DNA of 64,000 bases from Podarcis tiliguerta (lineage: Eukaryota), in NCBI GenBank assembly GCA_965153285.1, contig OZ229118.1. One strand, written 5' to 3'. This document shows, piece by piece, positions 14,301 through 26,114 of this stretch. How positions within the stretch are numbered: the stretch's first letter is position 1; each line of letters starts with the position of its first letter. Position numbers and translations under genes: made by a program. The notes below the pieces were generated by a model. The model did not search any database. It was not told the DNA's origin and was given only the letters and a program-made list of their open reading frames with translations.

Positions 14301-15452
14301 TCAACAGCATTTTAGTATAGCATTCTCCTTATCTACACGTTTGTATGTAATTTTGCCTAATGTACACATTTTTATAGTTAGTTTCCCAATATAATGCATT
14401 TCTGTGTGTTGTTTAATGTATTTATTTATATAATATTTATATGCCACTATTTGGTAAAAAGAAAAATCAGAGTGGTTTACAACAATTATACATAAAACCA
14501 TTCAATAAAAACCAAATAAAATGATGCAAATCAGTCATCAGCAAACTATGGTGGAGAGATGTATTCTTAATCTCCTGCATAAACCTGACACAATAGAAAG
14601 GTTTTCAGCAGGGATTTAAAAGTTGAAACAGAAGGCACCTGCTGAAAACCTTCCCACTAATATATGCATTTATATGCACATTTTACCCCAATGTTTGCAT
14701 TATTTTGCACACATTACTTGGCTGGAGAACTGCCCTGCAAAATTCAGAGTGGTGTGAATATTGGGTGATGGTTATGATGTTTCTCTTCATGGATTGTTTC
14801 AAAAAGTGTGCCTTCAGTAAGGTCACCTTTCAATGGACACTGAACTGAATTTGTTCACCACCCCTTCCAGCAACCTTCCAGCAACCTTCTAAGAGAACTT
14901 TTAAAATTATATTTAAAATAGGAGGGAAGGAGATCTAGGGCAGGATGCAAAAGACATAGGACTGAGATCCCATGAACCACCTTTACCTTGGTTCTTGTTA
15001 GCCCCTTACTGAAGGAAATTTCCCTTGATTGCTGTGAAACCAATCCAAATATGCCCACAGACCTAGAAAGGATGGTGTAGAAGGAAGTCAAGCTACCTCT
15101 GCAAAGCAGATGACAAAAAGTATGCTAGCATTTAAATAATCAGATGTAAGCAAAGGCCCAAATAAAGTCAGAAAGCTGGAGAATGGGGTAGCTAATGAGG
15201 TGCCATGGGATAAATTTGATTCAGTTTGTATTTAAAGCAAACTGACCTGATTTGTACTTTCTAAAATAATATGCAAATGGAAACACAGCCTTCCTTTGAA
15301 ATTCACACTTCCTTCACATCTGCAGTGCAGTTTTCCAGGCAAGTAATGTGTACAAAAATGCGTGTACTGAAGTAAAGCATGCATAAGAATGCATATATTA
15401 ATGAAAATAACCTACAAAATACATGACACTGGGGGGGGGTATATATTTGGCT

Positions 15453-15498
<46 letters not shown>

Positions 15499-16404
15499 TA
15501 TACAGTATATGGATAAATTTGCACTAAAAGGCTGCTGAATTTTCATGAAGATTATATGATGTGGAAACACGGAGAACTAAATTTAAAACTGAAAAACCAA
15601 ACTTGACACATTCACCCATTGCTAGTGGTGTCCTCCAGAAGGTGTGAACTACTACTCCCATCATCCCCAGCTAGCATGTCCCAATGAACAGGGATGCTGG
15701 GAGATATGGTCCAAAACATCTAGAGGGCATCTCACGGACTATCCCTGCAGTAGAGATAGCTAAGTTCCACTAAAATAACGGTAACTTAGGTATTTACTAG
15801 AATTGTTAAAACTAGGGCAAATCATGTGTCAGTTGCTTCACACAAATGACTTCTAATGTAAGAAAGAATCCAAACAGCTTGCCATCATGGTGACAATGAT
15901 ACAGTAGCTGTAGTGTTGCACAAGTCTAACTATCTCTAGACTGTGCCCATTGTCAACTGGTTATGCAAGATTGTATTCTAACACAAGAGGGGCCATGAGA
16001 CTCAAAAGAAGTCCTCCTTATTCCGACTCAGGTCAGCATGAAGAAAGAAAATCATTCCTCGATTCAGTAGTACTGAAAGATGAAGCTTCGATTTTCCCCG
16101 CTAAACTGGAACACCATATAAATTGGTCCTTTTGTATTTCCAGTGAGATACACTGAAAATGTCAAAACTCAGTGGGTTTCAAGTACAGTGGTTTAGATTT
16201 TTACAACCATAAATATAAACTAGCTGAACTCATTCCATGAGCAGTTCCATTTCAATTCAGAATGTGAGACATACAAAACTACAGAAACATGCTTACATGC
16301 AAGTAAATTCTATTAAACTGAATTAGCTTACTCTCGGGTATGAGTGTAGAACATGAATGGAATCTAAATATACAGTAAGGCTGCAATCCTGTGCCACGTT
16401 ACCT

Positions 16405-18124
16405 AGAATCATAGAATCATAGAATCATAGAATCATAGAGTTGGAAGAGACCACAAGGGTCATCGAGTCCAACCCCCTGCCAAGCAGGAAACACCATCAG
16501 AGCACTCCTGACATATGGTTGTCAAGCCTCTGCTTAAAGACCTCCAAAGAAGGAGACTCCACCACACTCCTTGGCAGCAAATTCCACTGTCGAACAGCTC
16601 TTACTGTCAGGAAGTTCTTCCTAATGTTTAGGTGGAATCTTCTTTCTTGTAGTTTGTATCCATTGCTCCGTGTCCGCTTCTCTGGAGCAGCAGAAAACAA
16701 CCTTTCTCCCTCCTCTATGTGACATCCTTTTATATATTTGAACATGGCTATCATATCACCCCTTAACCTCCTCTTCTCCAGGCTAAACATGCCCAGCTCC
16801 CTTAGCCGATCCTCATAAGGCATTGTTTCCAGGCCTTTGACCATTTTGGTTGCCCTCCTCTGTACACGTTCTAGTTTGTCAGTGTCCTTCTTGAACTGTG
16901 GTGCCCAGAACTGGACACAGTACTCCAGGTGAGGTCTGACCAGAGCAGAATACAGTGGCACTATAACTTCCCTTGATCTAGATGCTATACTCCTATTGAT
17001 GCAGCCCAGAATTGCATTGGCTTTTTTAGCTGCCGCGTCACACTGTTGGCTCATGTTAAGTTTGTGGTCAACCAAGACTCCTAGATCCTTTTCACATGTA
17101 CTGCTCTCAAGCCAGGTGTCACCCATCTTGTATTTGTGCCTCTCATTTTTTTTGCCCAAGTGCAATACTTTACATTTCTCCCTGTTAAAATTCATCTTGT
17201 TTGTTTTGGCCCAGTTCTCTAATCTGTCAAGGTCGTTTTGAAGTGTGATCCTGTCTTCTGGGGTGTTAGCCACCCCTCCCAGTTTGGTGTCATCTGCAAA
17301 TTTGATCAGGATGCCCTTGAGTCCATCATCCAAGTCGTTGATAAAGATGTTGAATAAGACCGGGCCCAAGACAGAACCCTGTGGCACCCCACTAGTCACT
17401 CTTCTCCAGGATGAAGAGGAACCATTGATGAGCACCCTTTGGGTCCGGTCAGTCAGCCAGTTACAAATCCACTGAGTGGTAGCATAGTCAAGACCGCATT
17501 TTACCAGCTTCTTTACAAGAATATCATGGGGCACCTTGTCAAATGCCTTGCTGAAATCAAGGTAGACTACATCCACTGCGTTCCCTTCATCTACCAGGCT
17601 TGTAATTCTGTCAAAAAATGAGATCAGGTTAGTCTGACATGACTTATTTTTCAGAAATCCATGCTGACTATTGGTGATCACAGCATTCCTTTCTAGGTGC
17701 TCACAGATTGTTTGCTTAATGATCTGCTCCAGAATCTTCCCTGGTATTGATGTTAGACTGACTGGGCGGTAATTATTTGGGTCCTCTCTTTTCCCCTTTT
17801 TGAAAATAGGGACAACATTTGCCCTCCTCCAGTCTGCCGGGACTTCGCCTGTTCTCCAGGAATTCTCAAAGATGACTGCCAGTGGTTCTGAGATCACATC
17901 TGCCAGTTCTTTTAATACTCTTGGATGCAGTTCATCTGGCCCTGGAGACTTGAATACATCTAAACTAGCCAAGTATTCTTGTACTATCTCCTTAGTTATT
18001 CTGGGCTGTGTTTCCTCTGCTGAATCATTTCCTCCAAATTCTTCAGGTCGGGCATTGTTTTCTTTATCGGAGAAGACTGAGGCAAAGAAGGCATTGAGGA
18101 GTTCAGCCCTTTCTATGTCCCCTG
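16405..18124 (-). mobile_element. 5'-truncated young CR1 LINE
   Basis: (ATTCTATG)n 3' tail at 16405-16438; uninterrupted RT frame; 4-bp duplication ACCT at 16401-16404 and 18125-18128. Confidence 0.97.
16497..18124 (-). CDS. CR1 ORF2 reverse transcriptase, C-terminal ~540 aa (partial, transposon-derived)
   Basis: Motifs [49 protein letters not shown]; no stops. The first residues of the ORF-track call derive from flanking DNA. Confidence 0.95.
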
Positions 18125-18493
18125 ACCTGGGAGTAAGCCCCATTTAACTTAGTGGTCTTTGCTTCCAAGTAATTGTGCATAAAGGGAAAGTGTGCCCCAT
18201 TTCACTGTTTGAGGCAAAATGGGAAGTGCTGCCATGCCATGCCCTACCCTTGCACTGCCGCTGGTGCTGCCATAACTGCTGCTCTCAGCACTGTTTTGCT
18301 GTCCTCCCTGCTGCCTCCACTGCTGTCCGAGAAGCGGCACCAGCATAGGCACCAATTTGGGGCAAGATCTCCTGTGATTTTGGCCAGCTTGGAGGCTTCT
18401 GCTGCCTAAGCCTGCCTCAGCCTGTCTAATGGCAGAGCCGGCTCTGCATGCATAGGATTGCACTGAAGTATTGTAAATTACAAGTTGCATCTC

Positions 18494-18772
18494 TTTTATT
18501 TTTATAATTATATTTTATTAATTTTCCATCAAAAAACAAAAACAAAAAACAAATCCCACCACATTACAACTTCTATAAATTTTTCCATTTTTAGACTTCC
18601 TTCAGCCTCTCTGCCAATCATCCGAATTATATCTTCTTTAATTACACATTTCCAAATTTTGCTATTGCCTTTATGCCTACCCCCCACTTCTATTTTCCTT
18701 TTTTACAATATTTCTTATTTTGATACAGAGCTTCTTTGAATGCCACTAACCTTATTTCGTTATCACTTATAC
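18494..18772 (-). mobile_element. L1-type 3' UTR fragment with A-rich tail
   Basis: T-rich left end (A-rich tail on minus strand) and a perfect 17-bp TSD ATTACAAGTTGCATCTC at 18477-18493 and 18773-18789. Confidence 0.75.
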
Positions 18773-18910
18773 ATTACAAGTTGCATCTCAAGCCCAAACT
18801 GTTAAAGTGACATTACATCCGGAAATATCTTTAGCATATATATGTATATCACATGCTTTGGGGACTTTTGTTCTTTGCATGGTGAGTCCATGATTGTACA
18901 AGGACAGAAT

Positions 18911-19211
18911 GCTTTACAGGCTGAGGGAGCCGGCGTTTGTCCTCTTCCACAGACAGTTTTTCCGGGTCATGTGGCCAGCATGACTAAGCCGCTTCTGGCG
19001 AAGCCAGAGCAGCACACGGAAACGCCATTTACCTTCCAGCCGGAGCGGTATCAATTCATCTATGTGCACTGCGTGCTTTCGAACTGCTAGGTTGGCAGGA
19101 GCTGGGACGAACAACGGGAGCTCACCCTGTCGCGGGACCTCAAACCGCTGACCTTCCGATTGGCAATTCCAAGCGGTGCAGTGGTTTAAACCACAGCGCC
19201 ACCCGCATCCC
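18911..19211 (-). mobile_element. Sauria SINE, 3'-truncated
   Basis: Matches other Sauria copies (GTCATGTGGCCAGCATGACTAAGCCGC...AACCACAGCGCCACCCG) but lacks the ACCTTT tail. Confidence 0.88.
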
Positions 19212-20830
19212 CCAAAGGCTTATAGTAAACTGTAATTTTCAGGCACTGATGTTCTCAAGGCATGCAGCAACTATATCAATCATCAAACCAGAAAACAAAC
19301 AAGAAGAGCTGCTTGGGTGGGAGAATGTATGTATGTATGTATGTATGTATGTATTTTAACTATTTGTTTATCACTTAATACTAAACACTTAATACAAAAT
19401 AACCTCTACCCACACCCCAGACATTAGTGTCTCCTTTTTATAGATTCTGCTTCTCACCCTTCCAGCTTAGTATAAAATCTTAAAACCAGTAACATGAAGC
19501 TGTTATGTGGACATTCCCTTCAAGTTATCTGGGACTCCCCCTGCCCTTTTTACTGTAGTTCAACTGAATCCATCTTTTAATTGAAATGCCAGATGCACCA
19601 CTATACATTTGATAGATTTGCCTCTCCTTATGTCCTCAAATTGCAATATAGTCATGAAAACAAGTGGAACCTAAATGCAGTGGCAGTTGTTGATCTCCTC
19701 TCAGCCACTGTTGAGGAATTAATGATTATTTCTCTCCTTTGAACAGGGTACATTTCAATTTCATTACATGCAAAGGTGATTTAGAAAAGATTTCACCAAG
19801 TGCTAAATCATTCATAGGACACTACTCAGGCTTACAGGTAGCTAGCCGAATTTTGAATGTTTGAGCTGATCAAGTCCTCTAATATTAATTGCAGCTTAAT
19901 ACTGAAGATGATTAATTCTACTTCACTGTGGTATTACTTATTAATATGTGATTTATAGTAATGCAAGGAAAATTCATTTTATGGGTTTGTGCGTCTGAAA
20001 AATAAGGTGACAAGTAAACAAGAAGTGTGGTGTTATTTTTAAGCTGGGTATAGATCATGTGATAGTTTTTATAGAAAAACCTGGTTGGTGAAAAAGAACA
20101 TAGAGTTGAGGACCAGGAGCTGCAGCTCAATGGAGGCAAGTTGCAAGGCCTTTCATACTGGAAATCCGAAGTCCAGTCCCTAACATTTCCTAGATCAGGG
20201 ATGGGGACCCAGTAGCCCTTCGGGTGTTCTACTTCAACTGCCATAATCCCTGATCATTGTCCATGCTGACTGGAGCTTATGGAGTCCAACAACATCCAGA
20301 AGCCCGTAGGTTCTCCATGCCTGGCTTAAGTGGTAGGAAAGATCTCACAATAACAATCATTAATTCCTGTTCATCTTTTGCTTCTCCTTGATTATGGATA
20401 TCAGGCGGTGTAGGGTTATTCCGAGTAAAAATTCTCTCCAGATGACTTGGTAGGTGAGTTTTGCTTGATAACGTGTCTCTGTCTGATCACTGATCACCAG
20501 GAACGTGGCTAACTCCACTGTATATTTTTGTTTCACTTGCTTGAATCATTGCTATCTGCTTGGTCTCATTGCACCATTATATAGTGCCTGTACTCTTGGA
20601 CTACGGGGCTCTCTGACTTAGACTATGTGTATAAACCAACATAAGGGTGGAATTCTGTGCTGTGTAGGATAAGATTGAATTAATGCTCTTTTAGTCCCGT
20701 ACAACTCTGGGATTCATTGATTTAATGTAGGTGAAACTAATCCGCAACATAAGGTACATCATTTTAAATATTTTTTTTTTTTGAGGGGGGTTGCAAACAA
20801 AACAGTAAGTTGGTGTTTTTATTTAAGTGT

Positions 20831-20950
20831 TAGAATCACAGAGTTGGAAAAACCCACAAGGGTCATTTAGTCTGTCCTTCCATCCCTGGGTGGGCTTGAA
20901 CCACCAACCTTCTGGTTAACAGCCAGAAGCACTGACTCATTGCTCTACCT
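20831..20950 (-). mobile_element. tRNA-Asn(GTT)-derived head fused to a CR1 3' tail (short SINE/chimera)
   Basis: Minus strand reads GGCTGTTAACCAGAAGGTTGGTGGTTCAAGCCCACCCAGGGATG (tRNA-Asn like), then GACTAAATGACCCTTGTGGG..TTCCAACTCTGTGATTCTA, similar to the 3' end of the CR1 at 16405. Confidence 0.75.
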
Positions 20951-21207
20951 GATGTATATCTTCATATTTTCAAAGATGGTTGTAGTATGATGGTGAAGGG
21001 GTCTTTTCTCAGTAAGCCTGCCTCCTTTTCTCCTTATGTTATGCATGCAATATATTCACTCAGTAATAAACCCAGTGACTAATAATGATAAATTACAAGT
21101 GTCTGAACTGATCTTTGTCAAACAAAAAGAACTGTAGGGCATGCTTAATTCTGTGAACCACCCCCTAGACTTCCCCTTGGTAACAATCACTTTTTTCTGT
21201 TCTACAG

Positions 21208-21257
21208 CAGTCTATCAAAAGTGATTTCTAAATGAAATCACTATCACAGCCTGCCAG
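21208..21257 (+). other. Candidate 50-nt (or 47-nt, NAGNAG) spliced exon of an unidentified transcript
   Basis: TAAC branch-like motif, polypyrimidine CTTTTTTCTGTTCTACAG|CAG acceptor, consensus donor CAG|GTAAGT; stops in all three frames, with an internal ATG (MKSLSQPA). Confidence 0.45.
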
Positions 21258-22104
21258 GTAAGTCAGAGCCAGAATAGGTCCTCGACCACGGTGTACTATT
21301 TGAGCCATCACTACTGAATTCTGTTGGCATTGAACTGTCATTTTACTTTATTTCTAACAATTACATCAGAAAATGTAATTAGCACCGAATAGTTCTACTT
21401 GGGGCGGGGTGGGGGGGCGCTGAGGCTGGTATTGATCAGACCTAGTTAGTGCCTACTGACTGTACTCCGTTGAAACCAAGTGGACAGATTAGCCTGTGTT
21501 TGCTGGCAAGTAAAGTGCTGCACCAGTCAAAATGTGATCAATCCACCAATCTACAGTGACAGAATAATACATTAGAACAGATTGATCTCTCAGTGGCACT
21601 AAATCAAGTTAACTGCTTCCTCACACTTTTGTGGGTCTGCTTTACAAAGCCAGATATTCTCCAGTCCATCTCCAGTGCTTGTTCAGAATGCAATGCATGG
21701 TTTTTCATTTTGATATCTTCTCCCTTAGTATTCGGTTTGCAATCATTTTGCATTTCTTACTGGTACCTTCACCTATACTCTCATGTGATATGAAGAACAG
21801 TTGGTAGGAATCCAAATCTTTGCTGATTAATCTAGAATTGCTGGCAAATTTAAGGGAAGATCTCGCTCTCTTTTTCTTTCTTTTTTTTTGTATGCACTTT
21901 AATTTCCACTTAATGGAACTTAGAATAGTTTCTTCCAGCATAGCTAAACTCATTGTCTTTCAAGAGTTTACTTCTCCTGCTTTTAGTGTTGGTGTGCATG
22001 TCCTGATCATGCTGCATGGCTGCATACTGTGCATTCCCCTGGGAATTGCATTTGGGTTTCACCTGCCCTGCTTCCACCCAGGACAGACAAAAGGGAAGAA
22101 AGTA

Positions 22105-22311
22105 TTGTTGTTGTCATTTAGTCGTGTCTGACTCTTCGTGACCCCATGGACCAGAGCACGCCAGGCACTCCTGTCTTCCACTGCCTCCCCCAATTTGGTC
22201 AAACTCATGTTGGTAGCTTCGAGAACACTGTCCAACCATCTCATCCTCTGTCGTCCCCTTCTCCTTGTGCCCTCCATCTTTCCCAACGTCAGGGTCTTTT
22301 CCAGGGAGTCT
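22105..22311 (-). mobile_element. BovB/RTE LINE 3' end (left half, interrupted by L2)
   Basis: (CAA)n tail; minus-strand peptide DSLEKTLTLGKMEGTRRRGRQRMRWLD typical of the BovB ORF C-terminus. Confidence 0.92.
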
Positions 22312-23422
22312 CCCCGATGCTTTTCAACATCTTTATGCGCCCCCTCGCCCAGCTTGTCTGGAGTTTTGGGCTGGGTTGCCATCAGTATGCCGATGACACC
22401 CAACTCTATCTGTTGATGGATGGCCATCCTGACTCGGCCCCAGACACACTGACCAGATGTTTGGAAGCTGTGGCTGGATGGTTACATGGGAGCCGGTTGA
22501 AGCTAAATCCTTCGAAGACAGAGGTCCTGTGGCTGGGACGGGACGATATGGGATTGGGGGGGGCAACTCCCATCTCTTGCGGGGGTGCAATTAGTGCCAG
22601 CACCGTTCGTTAAGAGTTTGGGTGTAATCCTCGACACCTCCCTTTCCATGGAGGCGCAGATTGCAGCTATAACAAAGGCGGCATTTTTCCATCTCCGCCA
22701 AGCTAAGCAGTTGGCTCCTTACCTCTCTCGCCCTGACCTAGCCACTGTGATCCATGTGACGGTCACCTCCAGACTGGATTACTGTAACTCGCTCTACGTG
22801 GGGCTGCCCTTGAGACTGATCCAGAAACTCCAGCGGGTGCAGAATGCTGCAGCGAGACTCCTTACGGGGTCTTCGCTGCGAGATCACATTCACCCAGTGC
22901 TATACCAGCTGCACTGGCTCCCGGTGGAGTACAGGACCAGGTTTAAGGTGCTGGTTTTAACCTTTAAAGCCCTATACGGCCTAGGACCCTCGTACCTACA
23001 GGACCGCCTCTCCTGGTATGCCCCACAGAGAAACTTACAGTCTTCAAATAAAAACATCTTGAAGGTCCCAGGCCACAGAGAAGTTAGGCTAGCCTCAACT
23101 AGAGCCAGGGCTTTTTCGGCTGTGGCTCCGATCTGGTGGGACACTCTGTCACAAGAGACTAGGGCCCTGTGGGACTTGACATCTTTCTGCAGGGCCTGCA
23201 AGACAGAGCTGTTCCACCAGGCCTTTGGCCAGGGCACAGCCTGACTCCCTCCCTCGGCAATCTTCGCGGAGCTCTGGCCCAATGGTTGCCAGTGGCTTGA
23301 TTTGAATTAATTTTATAATGAATGGTTTTAGAGTGATGTTGGTGCTGTACTTTTGTACTGTTTTATTGTTGTTAGCTGCCCTGAGCCCGGCTTCGGCTGG
23401 GGAGGGCGGGATATAAATAAAA

Positions 23423-23473
<51 letters not shown>
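22309..23473 (+). mobile_element. 5'-truncated L2 LINE (RT C-terminus, 3' UTR, (TAT)n tail)
   Basis: SPMLFNIFMRPL..HQYADDTQLYL, SRLDYCNSLY, LHWLPV..RFKVL motifs; one frameshift at the G-run ~22556-22563; stop at 23244; (TAT)n at 23423-23472. Confidence 0.95.
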
Positions 23474-23562
23474 TTCTCATGAGGTGGCCAAAGTATTGGA
23501 GCCTCAGCTTCAGGATCTGTCCTTCCAGTGAGCACTCAGGGCTGATTTCCTTCAGAGTGGAT
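23474..23562 (-). mobile_element. BovB/RTE LINE (right half, continues the copy at 22105-22311)
   Basis: TTCTCATGAGGTGGCCAAAGTATTGG continues the BovB sequence as seen uninterrupted at 32261-32300. Confidence 0.9.
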
Positions 23563-23852
23563 GATGATGAACTAATATAGTGCAAATATAGTATAGAGAG
23601 AGATATCTCCACTCCCTCCTTGTTCTTTATGTTAATGTTTTGTTTCTTTTGTAACTATTTCTTTGTGCTTTTATCTCGTGTTTTTATCTTGTGAACCACC
23701 CTATGATCTTTTGATAACAGGTCGTATAAAAAATATACTACTAATGCTACTACAACCACTACTAATAATTCTTCCCTGGCCTAGAGGTGAGAGAGAGCAT
23801 CATTTTGTGGTTCACCTCAGCTGTCCACAACATTTTGCTGCCTGAGCCAAAG

Positions 23853-24052
23853 NNNNNNNNNNNNNNNNNNNNNNNNNNNNNNNNNNNNNNNNNNNNNNNN
23901 NNNNNNNNNNNNNNNNNNNNNNNNNNNNNNNNNNNNNNNNNNNNNNNNNNNNNNNNNNNNNNNNNNNNNNNNNNNNNNNNNNNNNNNNNNNNNNNNNNNN
24001 NNNNNNNNNNNNNNNNNNNNNNNNNNNNNNNNNNNNNNNNNNNNNNNNNNNN
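23853..24052. other. Assembly gap (200 N)
   Basis: Run of exactly 200 N, a placeholder size, so the true length is unknown. Confidence 0.99.
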
Positions 24053-24200
24053 TCTCTCTTGTCTTCTCTTCTATCAAAACTGAGATTCTGAGCTCTTCAG
24101 AGCAGGGGCTTGTCCTTTTTCCTTATGTGAGTCTGTAAAATTAATAAATAGCAGTGAATGAGAAGTCTAATTGGTTCTCTCTCTCCCTCTTTCTTCCCAG

Positions 24201-24442
24201 CGCTATCTAAAGAGGCATTACAACCTCCGGTCCAACCCGGCTGGGATACAGAGGAAGGCAGGTGATACAGTCACATCCAAACTTCGAGAAATGCAGGCGT
24301 TTTTTGGACTGGAAGTAACGGGCAAGCTCAACGAAAAGACGTACGAACTAATGCAACAGCCACGGTGCGGCGTTCCTGATATTGGGGAATACAACTTCTT
24401 CCCTCGAAAGCTGAAGTGGTCTCACACTAATATAACATACAG
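24201..24442 (+). CDS. MMP13: Matrix metalloproteinase 13 (collagenase-3)-like exon 2: propeptide with cysteine switch and start of the catalytic domain
   Basis: CTAAT branch point, long polypyrimidine tract and CAG acceptor; AG|GTAATG donor; 242 nt, phase 0 to 2; [51 protein letters not shown] matches vertebrate MMP13 exon 2 as I recall it. Confidence 0.9.
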
Positions 24443-24500
24443 GTAATGACCCTGGCTCTGGGTCCAGATCCATTTGCGCTGATGCTTGACAGTATCTTCA

Positions 24501-24740
24501 TGTGGCACAAGTGGTTAAGGGTGGTGGACTCGTAATCTGGTGAACCGGGTTCGCTTCCCCGCTCCTCGACATGCAGCTGCTGGGTGACCTTGGGCTAGTC
24601 ACACTTCTCTGAAGTCTCTCAGCCCCACTCACCTCACAGAGTGTTTGTTGTGAGGGAGGAAGGGAAAGGAGAATGTTAGCCGCTTTGAGACTCCTTCGGG
24701 TAGTGATAAAGCGGGATATCAAATCCAAACTCCAAACCTC
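24501..24740 (+). mobile_element. Squam3-like tRNA-headed SINE
   Basis: Same body as the 9093 copy. Confidence 0.85.
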
Positions 24741-24845
24741 TGCCATGGTATTTTTTAGAGACTTTGGTTTGGCGCACTCGTCACTGAGTGCTCTGCAGGA
24801 TCTCGGGGGGTTTGCTAATTCTGATCTCATATGTGAGACTTATAG

Positions 24846-24983
24846 CAGGAATGGGGAACCTGTGACCTTCAAGGTGCCGGTAGACTCTGGCTCCCATCAG
24901 CCCCAGCCAGCCTGGCCCATAGTCAGGGATGATGGGAATTGTAGTCCAATGCTATCTGCAGAGCCTCAGGTTTCCTACTCCTG
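24846..24983. mobile_element. ~135-bp hAT-like hairpin MITE
   Basis: TIRs CAGGAATGGGGAACCTG / CAGGTTTCCTACTCCTG, internal CTCCCATCA..GATGGGAATTGTAGTCC; relatives at ~20196-20323, 35845-35975, 44318-44426 and 45450-45575. Confidence 0.65.
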
Positions 24984-26010
24984 GATTTTAGCCTACCATG
25001 GGGCTACAGCTAATCTCCTAAACAGGATATAAAGCCTCCAACAATGAAACAGAGAAGTGACGGGGCTCTCACTTTCAGGCAAGATCTCTTAAATCTTGCT
25101 CATCTCCTTTCTGACTAATAATAATGTCAGTATTAAAAATGAATGAATGTGACACTTTACTGCAAAGGCTATTTAATATCAGTGCTACCTATTAATGAGC
25201 TCCTGTGCTCAAACAGAAAAGTGTGAATGAAACAAGGCTTTTAATGAAAGCATTTAATCTCTGTGCAGAAAAAAATAAAAAATAAAAATATATTTCTCTG
25301 AGTTCACAACCCTGGCCTAGGATTGCAGTTTTTTATGCTCTAATTTGTCATGTGGTATAAAAAGTTGCTGAACAGTGTTGGCACATTTGTGAAACTTTTT
25401 TTCCGCTGCTGGTAAATTACTTCATTAACTTTCTATGGCTAAGATGTTCATCAATGTGACAGTCTATTGAGGAGGAATGAGATTTGTGATGTTAAATTTT
25501 CAGGCTTGAAGCTCTGAAAGCAATAATTTTGATACAAGATGACATATAAAGTAAGGGGTATTAAGGAATAGGCCTTAGCTTATAAGCATAGGCTCCCTTG
25601 TTATTTATCAAATGAGGTGGAATACCTGCTTTAGTCAAATCTTTTTCTTAAAATTTCTGAGGTTAATGCAGAACATGACAGAAAGCTACTTAGTGAAAAA
25701 GTATAAGAAAAGTAGTTAATTTAGTCCATTGGGACTATATTCATTGGTTTTAGAATAGTGCTGATGTTATGCTACAAGATGCAACAAGAGGCATTTGCAT
25801 ATGAATTCTGTGTTGTGAACCCATTTCTGTTACTCTCTAATGAAAGTAACTCACATGTCACCATGTGAGATGTAACCTGCATGTTATCTGTAATGTAGAA
25901 TTAAGCACAGTCCTTGAATTGCTTTTTAAAGATTCAAGTGGACCTCTTGAGGAGTAATATTGAGAGGAGTCAGTTACTGGGGTTCCCCAGAATGATCAAA
26001 GGAGTCGTTG

Positions 26011-26114
26011 GTATCTGAAGAAGTGTGCATGCACACAAAAGCTCATAGCAATAACAAACTTAGTTGGTCTCCAAGGTGCTACTGGAAGGATTTTTTTTGT
26101 TTTGTTTCAGCAAT
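26011..26114 (+). mobile_element. Penelope/Neptune-type 3' end fragment with degenerate minimal hammerhead
   Basis: GTAT-CTGAAGA-A-GTGTG-CATG-CACAC-(a)AAA-GCTC-ATAG; flanked by GGAGTCGTTG (26001-26010) / GGAGTCATTG (26115-26124). Confidence 0.65.

Noticed and set aside
21208-21257. Micro-exon as MMP13 exon 1
   Set aside because: No hydrophobic signal peptide, and its ATG frame ends in phase 2 whereas the MMP13 exon starts in phase 0; a gap also separates them.
23787-24083. ORFs spanning the N run
   Set aside because: Artefacts of translating the assembly gap.
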